DNA of 26,256 bases from a virus (taxonomy: Duplodnaviria > Caudoviricetes), in the IMG/VR virus record IMGVR_UViG_3300026453_000310, positions 1 to 26,256 of that record; one strand, given 5' to 3'. Below the pieces are notes generated by a model. It saw only the letters and a list, made by a program, of their open reading frames with translations. It was not told the DNA's origin and ran no database searches. The position numbers and the translations under genes are program-made. This document shows, in pieces, positions 24,246 to 26,256 of this stretch (within the stretch, counting starts at the first letter, position 1; each line of letters begins with the position of its first letter).

Positions 24246-25075
24246 TGAATTTCTCTGAATACACATTATTAAGTGTAGGGGATAGTTTTGCATTTGGTCA
24301 AGGTACTATAGAACATTATCATGTTAAGAACGGATTGGGTTCAGATAAAGTTGATAGTATAAGACAAGAATGGAAGACTCAATGTAACTCTCATTCTTAT
24401 GTTAAGCATATAGAAACTAAACTAGGATTTAAACGTTCTGTTAATTTAGCAGTGCCCGGTGGAACTGATGAGTTATCTTTAATAAATGCAGAAATATGGT
24501 TAAATAAAAATCCGAAAGAAAAAGCATTCCTGCTTTTTAGTATGACAGATCCTCAAAGACAGATATTTTTTGATAAAGAAAAAGACACAGACTTTCTTAA
24601 TACATTCAAATATACTAGCAATAATAATTTAGATTATTATTATGATGTTTTGAATAATGATATAAGTCTAACTTTTAAAAGCTATCAATTAAGAAAAGCA
24701 CTAAAAAGGTTTATTGATAGTAATAATTTAAAATATTATATATTTTCGCCTCGTGACAATATGGATTTTAGAATAGTAAAAAGAATATCATACTGGAATT
24801 CTAGTATTAAAGAAGGTGTAGACCATTGGAATAAACTAGGCATAACAGAAGATTTTCTTCAATGGATGCATAATATTGAAGATGAAAAGACATTAGGAGA
24901 CAATTATCTGACAATTAAGAGATTATCTGATATAACAAAAGAAAAAACAATCTTTACGTGGTTAAAAAGTATATGTAATCCCTTGTCTTCTTATGATAGT
25001 ATACACTATGATATAGATGCTCATAATAAGATTGCTGAACTAATATCCACACAAATTCAACAAAATAACGCATAA
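24245..25075 (+). CDS. SGNH/GDSL-like hydrolase-fold protein
   Basis: VGDSFAFGQG, NLAVPGG, C-terminal DSIHY (DxxH) and AHNKIAE. Confidence 0.68.
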   Translation: MNFSEYTLLSVGDSFAFGQGTIEHYHVKNGLGSDKVDSIRQEWKTQCNSHSYVKHIETKLGFKRSVNLAVPGGTDELSLINAEIWLNKNPKEKAFLLFSMTDPQRQIFFDKEKDTDFLNTFKYTSNNNLDYYYDVLNNDISLTFKSYQLRKALKRFIDSNNLKYYIFSPRDNMDFRIVKRISYWNSSIKEGVDHWNKLGITEDFLQWMHNIEDEKTLGDNYLTIKRLSDITKEKTIFTWLKSICNPLSSYDSIHYDIDAHNKIAELISTQIQQNNA

Positions 25076-25078
25076 ATA
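25071..25078 (+). promoter_or_regulatory. Late promoter box
   Basis: CATAAATA followed by a hairpin and AAAGGAG SD before ATG 25119. Confidence 0.55.
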
Positions 25079-25118
25079 TATACAGGGTCGAATAAATCTT
25101 CCCTGAAAGGAGAATACT

Positions 25119-25280
25119 ATGATTAAATGGATTAAGAATAGAAGTAAAGAAAGAACAACTTGGGACGGTGCAGTATGTGTTGCATTAGGTCTTATGATTT
25201 TATTTATGGCACCATTGGCAAAAATAGCGGCAGGTATTGCCATTGCTTGGGGAGCCTGGACTATCTGGAAATCAGAGTAA
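25119..25280 (+). CDS. 53-aa two-TM membrane protein (holin-like candidate)
   Basis: MIKWIKNRSKERTTWDGAVCVALGLMILFMAPLAKIAAGIAIAWGAWTIWKSE; strong SD. Not in the ORF track. Confidence 0.78.
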   Translation: MIKWIKNRSKERTTWDGAVCVALGLMILFMAPLAKIAAGIAIAWGAWTIWKSE

Positions 25281-25306
25281 GCACTAACTAAGGGAATGAC
25301 ACCCTG

Positions 25307-25531
25307 ATGACTGACGAATTCAGGAAAGAAGCATATAGACTCTTTTGGCTTGTTAAAGGCCATTTAGGGTGTCATACATGGTCAGATGAAGAAGTTATCA
25401 AAATGGAAGATAGCTATTTCAGAAGGCTGTGGAAAGATGGATGCAACGGAGCTCCATTATATGAATATGAACAAGGATTCGAAGAAGCATATGAGGCGTT
25501 AACGTGGAAGAAAATCGAACACCAAGATTAA
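25307..25531 (+). CDS. Hypothetical phage protein
   Basis: 74-aa ORF with a YRLFWLVKGHL segment; fills the gap on the coding strand. Confidence 0.68.
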   Translation: MTDEFRKEAYRLFWLVKGHLGCHTWSDEEVIKMEDSYFRRLWKDGCNGAPLYEYEQGFEEAYEALTWKKIEHQD

Positions 25532-25746
25532 TTCTTTTATCTGAGTTTTTAGACCAGAGTAAAAGAAAAGAAGATGAAATAACTTTCTACGAGAAAGAAT
25601 TAAAAAAGATAGAAGAAAAACTCTACTGGTTACGTAGAGAAAAAGATTTAACTGAAACAATTATAAATATAATATCACAAGAAAAAGTAGTGGACATTAG
25701 GGAAGAAATGGAAAAGAAAATGCTATCAGATAGGATAAAAGAGTAA
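25504..25746 (+). CDS. Hypothetical coiled-coil protein
   Basis: GTG start with GAGG SD; TAATG overlap with the next gene. Confidence 0.68.
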   Translation: MEENRTPRLILLSEFLDQSKRKEDEITFYEKELKKIEEKLYWLRREKDLTETIINIISQEKVVDIREEMEKKMLSDRIKE

Positions 25747-26123
25747 TGGATTTATTTTTATTTTATCTTGCAGTTAGTGTAATCGTTACCTCAGGTCTCA
25801 TTATATATTTCAGAGAACATTTAAGAAAACAGATTGGCTGGTACTTATTAGGTATGTTGACCTTTATGGTCGTTACAAATTTTAGCGAGTACTGGTGGAT
25901 GATGTTTTTCAGTTTAGTAGTCTTTCTTCAAGTTCCACCATTTAGTGTTGAAGAAAAACTACTTACAAAGGCCGCTAATTCGGACAATCGGTTCAAGAGG
26001 TGGCAAAGGCGAAAGGGCAAGTTTGTACAATTTTTAGTATATATTTTATGTATGATACTACTGAGTGCGTTTGTTACTTGGCTTTCAGGAGATGGAAATA
26101 TCCATTTTATTTTAATAGGATAA
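25746..26123 (+). CDS. Hypothetical membrane protein
   Basis: Three to four hydrophobic segments. Confidence 0.72.
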   Translation: MDLFLFYLAVSVIVTSGLIIYFREHLRKQIGWYLLGMLTFMVVTNFSEYWWMMFFSLVVFLQVPPFSVEEKLLTKAANSDNRFKRWQRRKGKFVQFLVYILCMILLSAFVTWLSGDGNIHFILIG

Positions 26124-26126
26124 CTA

Positions 26127-26155
26127 TTGACTCTCAATACAACCTATGCTATAAT
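26127..26155 (+). promoter_or_regulatory. Strong sigma70-type promoter
   Basis: TTGACT (26127-26132), 17 bp, TGn-TATAAT (26150-26155), followed by a 13-bp hairpin (26160-26188). Confidence 0.8.
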
Positions 26156-26211
26156 ACCAAATGTTATGCACGATTCGTGTGTAGCATTGATTAAAAACTA
26201 AGGAGGATGTT

Positions 26212-26256
26212 ATGAAAACATCAATTATTGGACTGCTAGTCGCGGTCTTTTTTTCT
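26212..26256 (+). CDS. N-terminus of secreted/membrane protein, truncated by window edge
   Basis: AAGGAGG SD; MKTSIIGLLVAVFFS resembles a signal peptide. Confidence 0.7.
   Translation, partial: MKTSIIGLLVAVFFS

Noticed and set aside
24-26194. Remaining minus-strand and nested ORFs in the track (e.g. 24..260, 3374..3949, 9706..10146, 13564..14112, 25040..25363)
   Set aside because: They are antisense or out-of-frame shadows of well-supported plus-strand genes, without motif support.
1-26256. Genome-wide stop-codon reassignment
   Set aside because: Conserved genes (prs, yggX, helicase, def) are full-length under the standard code; TAG and TGA end genes at expected positions and coding density is already near complete.

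Overview
AT-rich, very densely coded, almost entirely plus-strand segment that reads as part of a large T4-related (myovirus/jumbo-like), probably marine, phage. It contains: (i) a replication block (primase C-terminus and DnaB/gp41-like helicase) interrupted by clpP-prs-psiE; (ii) about 14 kb of late-promoter-driven (NATAAATA box) putative virion genes, including a ligase-motif DUF6267-like protein, two paralogous small structural proteins, acidic core-like proteins, an Mtd-N fibre-like protein with internal duplications, an Sm-like protein and PAAR, with a nitroreductase and a PD-(D/E)XK exonuclease interspersed; (iii) an accessory region with SGNH-like proteins, a P-loop kinase, glycosyltransferase, YggX, 2OG-Fe(II) oxygenase, thioesterase, epimerase and peptide deformylase. 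The most unusual element is the only credible minus-strand unit (about 20289-21057), largely missed by the ORF track. It has a palindromic late promoter, a four-hairpin leader with twin RAAAGA-loop hairpins, three TAATG-coupled small ORFs (66 aa, 50-aa DUF3563-like, 41 aa), a structured spacer and a 15-aa ORF with its own SD. Family assignments come from motif recognition by eye; no database searches were run.
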